DNA from: Octopus vulgaris
Lineage: Eukaryota
Assembly: GCA_951406725.2 (NCBI GenBank)
Contig: OX597815.1
Span: forward strand, 50,468,001 to 50,532,000
DNA length: 64,000 nucleotides
Direction of reading: 5' to 3'
In this document: piece after piece, positions 48,705 through 62,098 of the stretch
How the letters are laid out: every line of letters begins with the position of its first letter
Numbering within the stretch: position 1 is the stretch's first letter
Program-made: the position numbers and the translations under genes
Notes under the pieces: generated by a model
What the model was told of the DNA's origin: nothing
What the model saw: the letters and a program-made list of their open reading frames with translations, nothing else
Databases searched by the model: none

Positions 48705-49883
48705 ATTAATCCTGGTCGTGTTGATTCATTGTTTTTCTCTTTGCCTTTGTAAAAACGTATGTTTTACCATCATGGAGATTCTTATAGTAGTAGAAAAGGA
48801 ATTTTTAACTCCTATTTCTAATTTTGGTATGTGGTGAAGCAGTTGGCTGAACCCTAATTATAATTATGTGTATATATATATATATAGATATATATGCACA
48901 CACATACACACACATACACACATAAGTATGTATATATGTATGTGTGTGTGTGCATAGATAGATAGATAGATAGATAGACAGACACACATACATACAGAGA
49001 GAGAGAGAGAGGGGGGGGTATACACACATATTGACAAACATATATTCACAAATGTGTACTTGTCTATTTAATTATATGTGTGTAAGTATTGGAAAGTCTG
49101 TATTTGTATATTCTATTAATTTATCCAGTTTTAAACTCTTGAAAGCTCCAATTAACTTTTGTTCAATACTATCACCAAATTTATACATTGCTTACATTCT
49201 GCCACCAGCTTTCACCTTATTGATTCAAGGCAGAAGTATGCCTAAACAATGACTATCCCACAAAAAAAATATTTTGTTATGCAACTTGCCAAGTTTCACA
49301 ACAAAATAAAACCTACAAAATTCAATATATCTATTTACTTGATGTTTTGGAATATTCACTCTTTCCTGCCAGAAATGGTAGCATGTGTAACACATCTAAT
49401 CCAAGCTGAATGCCATTAAGTTTAATTAAATTGTATGTTCCATTATAGTTTTACAGTTAAACTGAACTGTTTCTATTACATTTATTTAAGAGTAGCAGTT
49501 ACTTGCTATATATGTCAGGGCAATGACAGGCTGATAGTTTTCCAGTGAAAACTAGAAGATAATTTACCAGCAGCACATGGTCTAGAGCCAATGAGAGGGA
49601 ACCTACCATTTTCTGAAGACTTAAGTGAGGCTTTCTGTAAGAAGTGCATTATATGAAGGAAAATCATTTTCTTGATTTAATTTTATTTAAAGCCTATCTT
49701 TTCAACACGGTGTGAAATTTAGAAACATCTATTTATATTTTTCTATCTACACTAGTAAATTTCTTGTTTAAAGCAATTACAATAAAAGATAATTTAGAAA
49801 TCTGAAGAAATTTTTTGTCAAAAAATAGGAAGTTACTCTAAGCAGGACTTATTCCAAAATTCTATGATTATTACAATTTGTTA

Positions 49884-50097
49884 AGGTGGTGAACTGGCAG
49901 AATTGTTCCCCCATTGGGCAAAACATGTGGAAGCATTTTGTCCATCATTACATTCTGAGTTCAATTTCCTCCAAAGTCGACTTTGCCTTTCATCTTTTTC
50001 AGGGTCAATAAAATAAGTACCAGTTGAGCACTGGCATCGATGTAATCAAATTAACTCCTCCACCACAAATGCTGGCTTTGTGCCAAAATCTGAAACC
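49884..50097 (+). mobile_element. SINE family B with 17-bp TSD
   Basis: TSD attattacaatttgtta at 49867-49883 and 50098-50114; central gcctttcatctttttcagggtcaataaaataagtacc. Confidence 0.92.
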
Positions 50098-50739
50098 ATT
50101 ATTACAATTTGTTACAGTTTTTATGAATAATTATATTCTATAAAATAATAGACTTAGTATAAATTCTTCTTTTGAAAGCAGCTGAGTCAGATGGTAGTTA
50201 GCTTTGCAGTTGACTTCAAACATAAAAAATGTTCCCCACCTCTCCTATACGATAGCAAAATGATACTCATATAATTTTGATGTTTTGGATATGGCTAATT
50301 CTTTTCATGATTATCTGTCTTTGTGACTGAGTATCAATGTCACACAGTGTCATTTTTGCCTATTGTATAAATCTCACATTGATGCTGAGCAGAAGAATCC
50401 TAGAAGATCAACAGTCAGGATCACCAAGCTTTATCAAGAGAGTAACCAGAACATCTCTATAGGGGTGGCATTCATGGTTGCATAATCAGCTAATGAAAGA
50501 TCTACTATGATTCAAGCGGCCAATTCAAATTCATAATAAAGGAAATGGATGGCAACAGAGAGTCATGGGAATCTGCAAAAGCAACAGAAAAAAAGTTGGC
50601 TATTGTTTCAGAATGTGCATTGTACTATGGTATTGAACCTACCACTTTGGTATGATTATGATTCAGAAGTAAACATAGCCTATTTCTGAGTGTGTTATTA
50701 TTTTGAGAAAACAGAGTATCAATCCAGTATATAGTCGGC

Positions 50740-50967
50740 TTAATCCTTTAGCATTTAAACCAGATAGATCCAGCTCAAATATTCTACCTGCTTTGTGTTC
50801 AAACTGACCAGATCCAGCTTCTCACCTCTAACGTATAACGTCATTCTAAATATGAACAATTACATCATCAAAATCTCAAAGCTACAATATAAGCCATGGT
50901 TAATTTAAAATCATGTGAATAAATAAGCATTACATTTGACAAAGTAATCTGAATTCTAAAGGGTTAG
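50740..50967. mobile_element. piggyBac-like MITE, uninterrupted copy
   Basis: TTAA-tCCTTTAGCATTTA ... TGAATTCTAAAGGG-TTAg terminal inverted repeats; homologous to 1352-2016. Confidence 0.75.
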
Positions 50968-51175
50968 TCAAATATCCTCCCTCCCAAGTTAGCTTTGAAA
51001 ACAAATTATGACCTGGTTATATCATGACATGCAACAACAGAATTATGATAAAGAAAATCCGTTTCATTAAATAAATTATCAATGAATTTATACCATACAA
51101 CATAATGAATACATGATGTGTACTGGTGAAATGTTGCATATCTTCAATTCTAATTTCTGCCATTCTTCCATTAAA

Positions 51176-52386
51176 GGATAAAGATCCCTTCAGTCATGAA
51201 TGACCATGAGATTGCACCTAGAAACTTACCTGCAGAGGCACAAGTCCAGGCCAGGTTGTTTATGGAAGATTAACAGTCATTCATGCACACTAGCCTCCCC
51301 TCTCCACACCACTGATGTTATCCAAGGGGAAGGCAAAAGCTGATATACCACTGATGTTGCAACTCATTTCTACAAGTGAGTGAACTGGAACAATCATCGT
51401 CGTCATCGTTTAACGTTCACTTTCCATGCTGGCATGGGTTGGACGGTTTGACTGAGGGTAGGTAAACCAGAAGCCTGCACCAGGCTCTAATTCAATCTGG
51501 CAAAATTTCTACAGCTGGATGCTATTCATAACGCCAGCCACTCCAAGAGTGTAGTGGGTGCTTTTTACATACCACTGGCATGAGGGTCAGTCAAGCGGTA
51601 CTAGTATCGACCACACTTGAATGGTGCTTTTTACATGCCATCGGCACAGGTCCAGTCAGACAGTCAAATGGTGCTTTTTACATGCCACCAGCACAAGTGT
51701 CAATCAGGTGGTACTGTCATCGGCCATGACAACGACTTCACTTGACTCAACAGGTCTTTGTAAGCGCAGTTTATTGCCCAATGATTGAAGGGTACTCTTA
51801 AATAGGCTGATTATGCTGCACTGGCATAGGCCACAGTTACAGTCTCACTTGGCTTGCTGGATCTTCTCAAGCACAGCATATCTCCAAAGTACTCAGTCAC
51901 TTGTCATCACCTTGGTGAGGCCCAACGGTTGAAGGTTGTGCTTCACCACCTCATCCCAGGTCTTCCTGGGTCTACCTCTTCTACATGTTCCCTCTACTGC
52001 TAGGGTGTGACATTTTTTCACATAGCTGTCCTCATCCATACGTAACACATGACCATACCAGTGCAGTTGTCTCTCTTGCACACCACATCTGATGCTTCTT
52101 ATGTCCAACTTTTCTCTCAGGGTGCTTACACTCTGTCGTGTGTGCACACTAATATTACACATCCAGCAGAGCATACTAGCTTCATTCCTTGCAAGCTTAC
52201 ACATGTCCTACTCTGAGCGAGAGGCCCTTTGTCACCAGCAGAGGTAGGAGCTCTCTGAACTTTTCCCAGGCTATTGGAAATAAAATGTCTTGCTCAAGAA
52301 CACAACACATAGCCCAGTTTTGGAATCAAACTCACTACCTCATGATTGTGAACCCAATGCTCTAACCATTGAGCCATGCACCTTCA
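51176..52386 (-). mobile_element. CORE-type SINE with 15-bp TSD, split by a nested RTE fragment
   Basis: TSD cattcttccattaaa at 51161-51175 and 52387-52401; head at 52276-52386, remainder at 51176-51392. Confidence 0.85.
51393..52275 (-). mobile_element. RTE-clade LINE 3' fragment
   Basis: ORF 51893-52204 closely similar to the 31473-32138 product (RNEASML...WYGHV.RM...RGRPRKTWDEVVKH); internal deletion near 52210; RTE terminus at 51393-51440. Confidence 0.93.
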
Positions 52387-52848
52387 CATTCTTCCATTAA
52401 ATGTTGCCTTAAAGCATGGTCATACTTGACAGTTACCCAGAGGCCCTAAGGCCTAGAGGGGTTATTGTTAATCTATGTATGCTATGATTGTGCATGTAGG
52501 GGCCCTAGCGCATTGCTTAGATAGGTGGCCTAAACTGCTTTAAAGCAGTTTTGCTCCTACTATGCCACTATTTGTGCTGTGGTGCATCACAACACATCTA
52601 GCTATGAAGTGTGTACAGATATCAGAGACCAATAACCACAATATTTCATAAAAGGAGAGAGAAAAATTAGTCTTCCATTATGATCTATGATTATATTATT
52701 GAGTGAGTTCAAGATTTGTAATGTATTTTACCTTCTTTAGTCAGGGTGCAGCTCACTAAGCACACCCAGAATACACAAATCTAGATAAATGGTTTAATAA
52801 TGACTAAAGTACTGTACAGCATGGAATATGTAAAAAATAAATATATCT

Positions 52849-53040
52849 AGGTGCAGGCATGGCTGTGTGGTAAGAAGCTTGCTTCTTCCCAACCACATGG
52901 TTTCAGGTTCACTCCCACTGCTTGGCACCTTGGGCAAGTGTCTTCAACTGTAGCCTCAGGTCAACCAAAGCCTTGTGAGTGGATTTGGTAGATGGAAACT
53001 GAAAGAAGCCCGTTGTATATATGTCTATATATATATTTGT

Positions 53041-53083
<43 letters not shown>

Positions 53084-53280
53084 TCCCACCACCACCACTT
53101 AGCAACTGGTGCTGGTGTGTCTACATCCTTGTAACTTAGCAGTTCAGAAAAAGTGACCGATAGAATAAGTACCAGGCTTCAAAAAAAAAATAAGTAGTCG
53201 GGTTGATTCATTCAACTAAAAATTCTTCACGATGGTGCCCCAGCATGGTCGCAGTCTAATGACTGAAACAAGTAAAAGAT
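52849..53280 (+). mobile_element. SINE family A, full length
   Basis: Head, body and tail present. Confidence 0.92.
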
Positions 53281-53476
53281 ATATATTTAGTGTCATTATG
53301 AAATTAGGCCCTTGCGTTATTTCATAGCAATGTAGGTTGTTGATTGAACTGTCCTGTTTCTACATTATCTAACAGGATTCACTCACCTCTCTTCCCTAAA
53401 CTTATCATCATCATCACTACCACTGACCACCATTATGAACACTATCACCACCATCACCATCACCTAATTTAAATTT

Positions 53477-53630
53477 TGTGGTAAAAAGCTTGCTTATCAA
53501 AACCACATGGTTCCAAGTTCTGTCCCACTGCATGGTATCTTGGGCAAGTGTCTTTATAGCCTCAGACTAACCAAAGCCTTGTGAGTGGATTTGGTAGACA
53601 GAAACTAAAAGAAGCTCATCATATACATAC

Positions 53631-53688
<58 letters not shown>

Positions 53689-53880
53689 ATGTATCTATGT
53701 GTGTGTCCCCACCCTATCACTTGACAACCGATGTTAGTGTGTTTATGTCCCCATGACTTAGCAGTTTGGCAAAAGAGACCAATAGAATAAGTGCTGGGGT
53801 CGATTTCTTCAGCCAAAAAACCCTTCAAGGTGGTGCTCCAGCATGGTCTCAGTTAAATCAAAGAATAAAAGAATAAAAAA
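53477..53880 (+). mobile_element. SINE family A
   Basis: tgtggtaaaaagcttgc...ggtggtgctccagcatgg. Confidence 0.85.
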
Positions 53881-54415
53881 ACAATAAAAATCAAGACATT
53901 CTTATGAACACCCAGTGCCTACTCTTGTAGTACATCCTTGAAAGTTGCCTCTCCCAACCCCCTTGTAAGCTCACAATGCCCCCTGGGGTGTCATTATTAG
54001 CCCAGGTTAAGACCCACTAGATTAGAGTATCAAATCACTGTGTTAGAAATAAAGTTTTTGAGTTTGAACCTGGTTCTAAGAAACATGTTCCTTTAGTAAT
54101 AGATAAGATATCTGAAGATTGTAAGAACATAGACAATTCAAAGCTTATTGCAGACTGAAAGACAAAATATATGGTTAATGATCCAAAACCCCTATATTAC
54201 CATGTTTAGTATGATTTGTTTTGGCACTTAAAAACAACTGATTCTAATGATAAGGTTCCTACTTTTATATCTTGTTGATCTCTACTTGATAGGTATAAAT
54301 TTTCACTTGCCATTGCCAGGCTGTCCACTACAAAAAAAATCATTGAGGAGATGAAAATAGGGCAATCAACTAATAATAGATACAGCCAGCTAGAGTAAAT
54401 CAATACAGATAATAA

Positions 54416-54497
54416 TGGTGGTGGTGGTGGTGGTGGTGGTGGTGGTGGTGGTGATGGTGGTGATGGTGGTGGTGTTGTTGATGGTGGTGATGGTGGT
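54416..54497. repeat. (TGG/TGA)n microsatellite
   Basis: Directly visible; explains the poly-Pro ORF 54206-54538. Confidence 0.9.
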
Positions 54498-54651
54498 CCG
54501 GTAGCGATGATGACATTAATGCCAATGACACTAATCATGCGTGATTATAATGATGATTGTGATTATAATGAGACTGGCAATGACAGAGAAACATTATGTG
54601 AACAAATTAAAAATAATCTTGATTAGTCTTGTTCGATAAACTTGGTTCTTA

Positions 54652-54699
<48 letters not shown>

Positions 54700-54815
54700 C
54701 AGTCTATATAATATATATATATATGTATGTCTATCTATCGATCTACCTGTCTCTATTTATCTAAATATAGGTCTATCTATTTAGTTTTATCTCACTCTCG
54801 CTCTCTTTCTCTCTT

Positions 54816-54854
<39 letters not shown>

Positions 54855-56017
54855 GCCTAACAATCTATCTATTTATCTATTCTCATACACTTGAAAAAGA
54901 AGGAAGGAAACTAAAACACACACCTCTCAAAAAAAAAGGAACCATTTTCAGAATGTACCACTTTGGTATTATTTGGAACCATTAATCATATATTTTCTTT
55001 TAGTCTTTGACTTGCTCCATCCAGTAGGCTGTAGCCATGTCAAAGCATTGTCCTCCTTTATTAAAATAAAATAAAAATTATGCCCAGCATTTTCCAGCCA
55101 TTAACAGAAATGTCATTAATAAAAATCTTTGAATAAATTTCCAAAATCATGCTGAACTAAAGAGATTCAAAGAGAAAGATGCTTTCACTCAGCTTTCTCA
55201 GAGTTAAGTTTGTTAAGAGACATCATCTATCTCCCTCACTAGAATAGATTGCCAGACTTATACATGATAGTTATAAAGACTGTTAGAGATTTTATTATCA
55301 CCCAGAGGAATAAGAGTTTCAGTCAACTAGGTGAGATTTCACTTGCATAGCATTAAGCACTGAAATAGCAAATATCAGTAACAAGATTTTTGCCAAATGT
55401 GCCAAATTCATCTCTCCTTTGGGTGTGTTTTAAAGTTATGGCTGTTGCTGATGTTGATTATTTTTACTACTCATGTTGCTTTAAAATAATTAACGATATT
55501 TATATTACATAAAACCAACAGTATAATCGCAATATACAGTATCGAGACAGAAGGAAAGCATTATTGTACTTTGCTATCAAAATACATATACTATTGTGTT
55601 TTACTATCAAATAAAATATATTATTGAACTGTGCTATTGAACACTTCTCTTTAATTTCTTCTCATAAATTTAAATGCATACGGGTATGGATTTAGAGTAA
55701 AGATGTTGGCACTAGATAAGATTTTTATGAGAAATTTTGGCATATTCAAAAAAATATTTCTGCTATACCCCAAATGCATTCAAATTTACATTCACTTTAC
55801 ATGTATGTGAAATTTTATATTCTATTTACTTATCATTAACAAATTGTTGTTTGTTGCTAACTTGAGAAAAACAGTTTTAAGTCTCACTGTTTCTGCAGCA
55901 TGAATTTTAAAATACAAGAGGGGGAACCAGCTTCATTACCTGATGAAAGTAATAAATGTATTTTATAAAACTACAGGAGTTTAACATCTTCAACAATAAT
56001 CTTCTGGCTAAGAACAC

Positions 56018-56232
56018 AGTGAGCTGGCAGATCCATTAGCATGTCGGGTAAGATGCTTAGTGACACTTTGCTTGTCTCTGTTCTGAGTTCAAATTCTGCT
56101 GAGGTCGATTTTGCCTTTTATGCCTTTGGGGTCAATAAAATGAATAAAGATTGAGCACTGGGGTTGATGTAATCGACTTAACCCCCTCCGGCAAAATTGT
56201 TGGCTTTGTGCCAAAATTTGAAACCAATATTA
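56018..56232 (+). mobile_element. SINE family B
   Basis: gtgagctggcagatccattagc...ctgagttcaaattctgctgaggtcgattttgcc...gtgccaaaatttgaaaccaata. Confidence 0.85.
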
Positions 56233-57344
56233 TGCTTCATTGATATGAACATATGAATAGAAGTAGTTACAAATAAGAAAACAGAGTATCACTCAGAAGC
56301 AGGTTTGTTATAAAGCAGTAAAACATGAGTTGAGGCTGAAGTGAAATAAAGTAAGCTTGATCCAAAGGCAGACGTGTATAGAAGAAATGACTGGACAGTT
56401 ATGGACATGTAGTGCAAAATGAAAACTGTTTGCTATTAGTGGAAAGTACTTGTAGAAGAGGGAATCTAAGAGAGATGCAAGAAGGGTTGGTGATGTTACT
56501 TCACAGACAAGATGTCAATAGACCAAAATGATCAGCTGCATATGATGATATACTAACCCATACCAGCATGAAGAAAAAAAGAACATATGATAAATTGTTA
56601 ATGTTGTTAAGGACAAATAAAAAGTTGAGTTTTTAGATAAATACTAGGAACTAAATACAGTTGGAAGATGATATTATTTAAATGTATCACTTTTAGTGTC
56701 AATGTAACCTCTGAAATCATAAGCCTAACTTTTTGAAGATCTTAGATTATCTGACAACATACACAAACATATACACTCATATCACCTTGACCTTGACTCA
56801 TATATACACTCATATATACTGACTGTCATTCCAAACTAATTTACAAAGCATACAGTCCACTCAACTAAAACACAGCTTGTGTACAATATTGGTTAAAGCT
56901 TGGCTTGTTTAGTGTGTAAGAAGATATAGTTGAATTACTAGTAAAGCTAACTGGAGCTACTTAACAAGAACATTTTGTCCCATTTAGCTTACTGATATGA
57001 TTTTACTCACATAAATCTTTCACACATAACTGCAGGTATTTTATGTCATGTTTATTACATTTTTAAGTTAATGATAATCATCTGAAATGTATCTTTATAC
57101 CCAATGTGAAACCAGCAAATGTTTTTATTTTATGCTAAACATTTTTAAAACTTTATTTTCTGTCAGAAATTAGTTTATTAATATCTATTACCCTCTCTCT
57201 TTTCTTCAATCATCCCCTCACCCACCACATCAATATTCCCTTCACCCAACCATTCTGGTTCTTCTTGTCATCACTCTCTCTTTTGTTCATCTTCTTGGTC
57301 AGGTTGCCCTCAGTGAATAAACACAACATAGAGTGGTGAAGACA

Positions 57345-57490
57345 CCAACGTAGCTAGAGGAGCAGGGGTGGTCCACCCCAGGCAGCACCACTTTTGGGTA
57401 TGCTGCAGAAGCAATCTGTAATTTTTGTGTGGGTTTTGGGGTGTAAAAATGAAGGGCCACCCTGGGCGGCTCACACTCTAGCTACACTAG
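57345..57490. mobile_element. Small GC-rich MITE-like element
   Basis: Perfect 10-bp inverted repeat gtagctagag (57350-57359) / ctctagctac (57476-57485). Confidence 0.5.
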
Positions 57491-58094
57491 TAAGTGAAGA
57501 AGCTTTACTCTTACAGGGCACAAGTCAATCTCATTACTGCAGGTAACATGATAACATGTACCATTTATGTTCTTTGAAAAAGTTGGAAAATCAGAGGCAT
57601 GAGGTGAAGATGAGCAGTTAATCTTGTTGAGGACATCACAACCTCTCCAGTGCACATTGTACCTAGTATACTCTGTAAAGTAGTTGGTGAGAGAAAAGAC
57701 ATCAAAGAACTCAAGCCAAAATGAAACATACAAAGACATGATTCTTTGATCTTATTAGGATGGCATTTATTCCAAATAAAAACATTGGCTGCAACGTCAA
57801 GTAACAAATGAATTGTTAGTTATGCACTAGACATTGAATACATTCTAAAAGATGATACAACTTAGTCTTTCATATTTAGTGATATGGCCATGATGACTCG
57901 AGCAATTGATGACAATGTGAAAAGCAAGCATAAAATAATGATGCATCAATGACAAAACAGGAAAATAGATAGATAAATAAATAAAAGGCACAAAAAAATA
58001 CAAATCAAAACATTTTCATAAAATAAGGCTAAGGCTTATTTTGTGTTTTTATTTCCTTGGTAAGCTTTTTATTTAGAAATTCAGAAAGTTTTTT

Positions 58095-58480
58095 TTTATT
58101 TGCTTCAGTCATTTGTCAATGGCCATACTGGGGCACCCCCTAGAAGAATTTTAGTTGGCTGAATCAACCCCAGTACTGTTTTTTAAGCCTGGTACTTATC
58201 ATAATGGTATCTTTTTACAGAACAGCAAAGTTACAAGGATGTAAACATGCCAACACCGGTTGTCAAGCAGTGATAGGTACAAACCAAACACAGACACAAA
58301 CACAAAGAGACACACACAGTTATTTATATATGACAGGCTATTTTCAGTTTCCAACTACCAAATCAGTTCACAAGGCTTTGGTCAGCCTGGGGCTAGGGTA
58401 GAAGACACTTGGCCAGGGTGCCATGCAGTGGGACTGAACCTGGAACTATGTGGTTGGAAAGCAAGCTTCTTACCACACAA
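58095..58480 (-). mobile_element. SINE family A
   Basis: ttcagtcattt...ggccatactggggcacc...gggactgaacc...cttaccacaca. Confidence 0.85.
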
Positions 58481-58942
58481 CCACCATTATTTTGTATGGG
58501 GGAAATGTTTTTTTTACCATGGATTCAGATTAATCAAAGCTTTTTGAAGGATATTTGGTAATCAAAAAAACTGCCAGAGGAAATATTTCTGTTCTTCATT
58601 GGTAGACTCATTTTGTCATCTGTTTTACCACCAGTTGGCATTTGTATGCTTTTAGCAATTATTTAGGCCAGGTAACTTTCCACCAGTCACAGAGACCCCG
58701 ATAAAAAGATCATGGACACACCATTTCCTCTTCTGGGTAAACAATTAAAAATGAAAAGAAAAGGTGAAATAAATATATAGAGGTACAACACCAACTTTCT
58801 GGGCACAGACAGTCTGAAATCTTTCATAATCTACACTAATGTACAAGCAAGAACCCCAAACTCCTGTGATTGCCAGATTAGCTTACTGGCACCTTGCACA
58901 GTGCAGGATTAATAAACTTGTATCATTGATATTACTGCACAA

Positions 58943-59200
58943 TAGTAGTTCTCAACCAGGGTCCATACACCCCTTAGGGGTTGATATATGATTTTGCTGC
59001 TAAAATTTATTGTCAATAAATTCGATTTCCTTCTATAATACACAAAATATTTTAACAATTTTTTTGTATACAATTCCTAACAATATTTAATTATTAAAAT
59101 ATAATAGGATTTTTTAAACATTGAATGGCTTTGAGGGTCCGCTGGAGTAAAATAAGAATCAAAGGGGTTCATAGATAAAAAAAATGGTTGAGAAACACTA
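58943..59200. mobile_element. hAT (Charlie-like) MITE
   Basis: TIRs TAGTAGTTCTCAACC / GGTTGAGAAACACTA resemble CAGTGGTTCTCAA; 8-bp flanks ctgcacaa / ttgtacag match 5 of 8. Confidence 0.75.
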
Positions 59201-60677
59201 TTGTACAGGTACCTTTATTTCATTTAATTATTTAAGTAGCTTTAACATTTGTTTAATTTAGAGTGTGCATACAAGGTGAACACTCCTGTTCAGAAAATAG
59301 TCTGAATCAAGAAAGTATTTGGAATCAAAGTTTCCAAATGTCGCACCTGTAATAAGTGTTGTTGTTCAAAATTAGTTTTGGTCAATCATAAGTTTATGAA
59401 GATTAAGCATTTTTTGTTGAATAATCAACACATTTTCATTTATTTGTACTAATTACAGTATTCAAATTAATTTCAATCATTCTAAACATATTTTCAGATT
59501 AATTCTAAACATTCATCTCTACTTGAAATCTGGAAGAAAACACTGAAAATCTCAGATTAATTCTTTACTTTACAAAGATATTATTGACACTGTTTGGAAA
59601 TTGGTTTAAAATTTATTGTGTGGCTCAAAAGCTAACAGACTAGATAATAAACATTGTGATAATTAGCCACTTTGACAAGTAGTATAAACTGCAGAGATTC
59701 TTAGTATGAGCAGAAAGCCTGTTAATGAACTATTATTGATGGTATTATTGAGTCAAGATGTATATTTACACCAACATTAAATATTTGAAATACTGCAAAA
59801 AGATAATGTGAAATAAATTAATTATGGAAATTCTAAAACCTAACAAAAGTCTAATTTTTAAAACAAGCTTTCATAGAAATAAATCAATAAGTAGAAAGAA
59901 GAAATTACTCATAAATCATACCTGAAGAATAGCGTTGAAACTTGAATTAATAACAGCAGTCTATAAAGCTCATTGATTCTGTAATAATAATATTATTATA
60001 ATGTATGTAAACTTTTTTAAGGGTTATTTCATAAGTGTTGAGCTTGTGAACTTAAAGACCTGAGGTGAATTAATTGATAGTCTATTAGGTGATGAGAGAT
60101 CAGTATTTATTAATTAGTTCATGACATGGTTTTTGTTTCTAGATATGCCATTTGAATTCACTTATGTTACTAATGACCTGAAGAAAGGTCTGAATGTCAT
60201 CGTCTCTTGTTTCTCCTCAAAATATTGAGCTTTTGTAAAAAGAAAGAGAAAAGAAAATCATGACTAATACTCTTTAAGTTGTGTTGTATCGGTCTACTTT
60301 AAAGGAAACCACAGAGACTGCTAGTCCTTGGTGGACTTGATGGACACATAAAATATGAGTAATATGTTAGCAATTCAGTTGAAGAAGCATAAATGTATGC
60401 CATATAATTGACATTATTAAGTGTTCTAGAAAGAGGACAGTAGATTGGTAAAATCTTTAGAAACAGATAAAATACCTAGTTTGGTTTACTTAGGGTTTTT
60501 TTTAATGTTCTGAGTTCAAATACTACCAAGGGACTGTGATAAAGTACCTGTCATGTACTGGAATCAACTTAATCAACTAACTCATTCTCCTAAATTTCTG
60601 ACTTTCTGTCAGTTTAAAAATTATTGTTTGCCCAGCAAGGGACTGAAACTTCCTTTGTTCTACTTAATTAATAACAA

Positions 60678-61010
60678 AGGTACAGGGGTGACTGTGTGGT
60701 TAAGAATATTGCCTCCTAACCAAATTGTTCTGGGTTCAGTTCCATTTCATAGTGCCTTGGGGAAAATATCTTCTACTATTGCCCCAGGCTGACCAAAACC
60801 ATGTGAGAGGATTTGGTTGATGGAAACTGTATATATGTGTGCATATGTGTGCGTATGTATGTGTTGGATGCATGTGGCTTAGTGGTTTAAGTGTTGAACT
60901 CACAATTGAAAGATTGTGGTTTTTATTCCTGGACCAGGCAATACATTGTGTTCTTGAGCAAAACATTTCATTTCACTTGGCTCCAGTCTACTCAGCTGTA
61001 AAAATGAGTT
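60678..61010 (+). mobile_element. SINE family A head (60678-60830) followed by a family C head and CORE (60868-61010)
   Basis: gtgactgtgtggttaag...gggttcagttcc; gcatgtggcttagtggtt...ttgtgttcttgagcaaaacatttcatttcac. Confidence 0.75.
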
Positions 61011-61714
61011 TATCCTAGAGAAGGATGGGCTCCACTAGGCTTTCTTGCCCAAAATATGCTGCATGGCTGCAGTGCCCCTGCCATGAAACACACGTCTGAC
61101 CACTGGGAAAGATTACCTTGCTTGGAAACAAGTGAGGGCTGGTGACAAGGGCACCCAGCCACACAAAAAAATCCATCAGCAAATTCCATCTGATCAATGC
61201 AAGCATGGTGGGGGGGATGGACATTAAAACGATAGTGGTGAATAGGAAAGAACAGAATGAGAGAATAATTTACTTGTAGTACTAACAAGTATGTAAAACC
61301 TGGAGTCTATCAGCCAATCATCTTTGATAGCAAGTTCAAATCATATCACTCACAAATGAATAATGATGATTAAAAAATGATATCATGCAGATTTATAAAA
61401 GGATGTTGAAATCGTAAGCAATAAAATAGGCATAAGAAAAGATGTAATGATCATATATGACAGCAGACAAAATAATAAACAAAGGAATTTGGTATGGTAG
61501 TTTAGGATATTTTTGTTAATATCTTGATTTTACTTTTAAATTTGAAAATTAAACTTTCATTAAATTTAGTCCATGATTTACTTTAAGTAAAATTTTGAAT
61601 TGATCATTTGAGTTTTATAATTTTACAAAAATGGATAAATGCTCTTTTTACAAAAATGGATAAATGTAAGTATATCTTAATAATCAGCTACAAAACCACC
61701 ACCACTACTACTAC

Positions 61715-62035
61715 TGACGAAATTGCAAGAATGTGAGCAATGAAGAGAATAACTATTATCCAAATTGTTGTGGAGGTACTTGGACCACTAACAGCCAACT
61801 TTGAGAAGTATGTCAGAAAAAATGAAATTGACATGAGGGCAGAGCATGGGGACAGTAAAGATTTTGAGTTTGATACTTAGGTGTTGATTATCTTTCACTA
61901 TGCTTAACACCTAAGTACCAAGTCTTATAATTTGTGGAAAGAGACCCTGTGAGACCTTTTGACAACAGGATGTTGTCTGATTTCACAGAATTAACCAGAG
62001 CAAATAAGACCAAGAGTGCCGATAAATAAGATATG
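61715..62035 (+). mobile_element. Decayed R4/Dong-like LINE 3' end
   Basis: DEIARM*AMKRITIIQIVVEVLG (cf. EI.R.W....I.PIVVGALG), then a 3' UTR and (AAT)n. Confidence 0.55.

Positions 62036-62095
<60 letters not shown>

Positions 62096-62098
<3 letters not shown>

Noticed and set aside
930-49252. Numerous ORFs rich in IY, CV, HT, poly-K/E/L/M/D
   Set aside because: Translations of microsatellites and SINE bodies; no coding signal
59915-60235. Two CTGAAGA motifs (near 59922 and 60178) as further hammerheads
   Set aside because: Downstream GAAA/NUH and helices are missing or too degenerate to support
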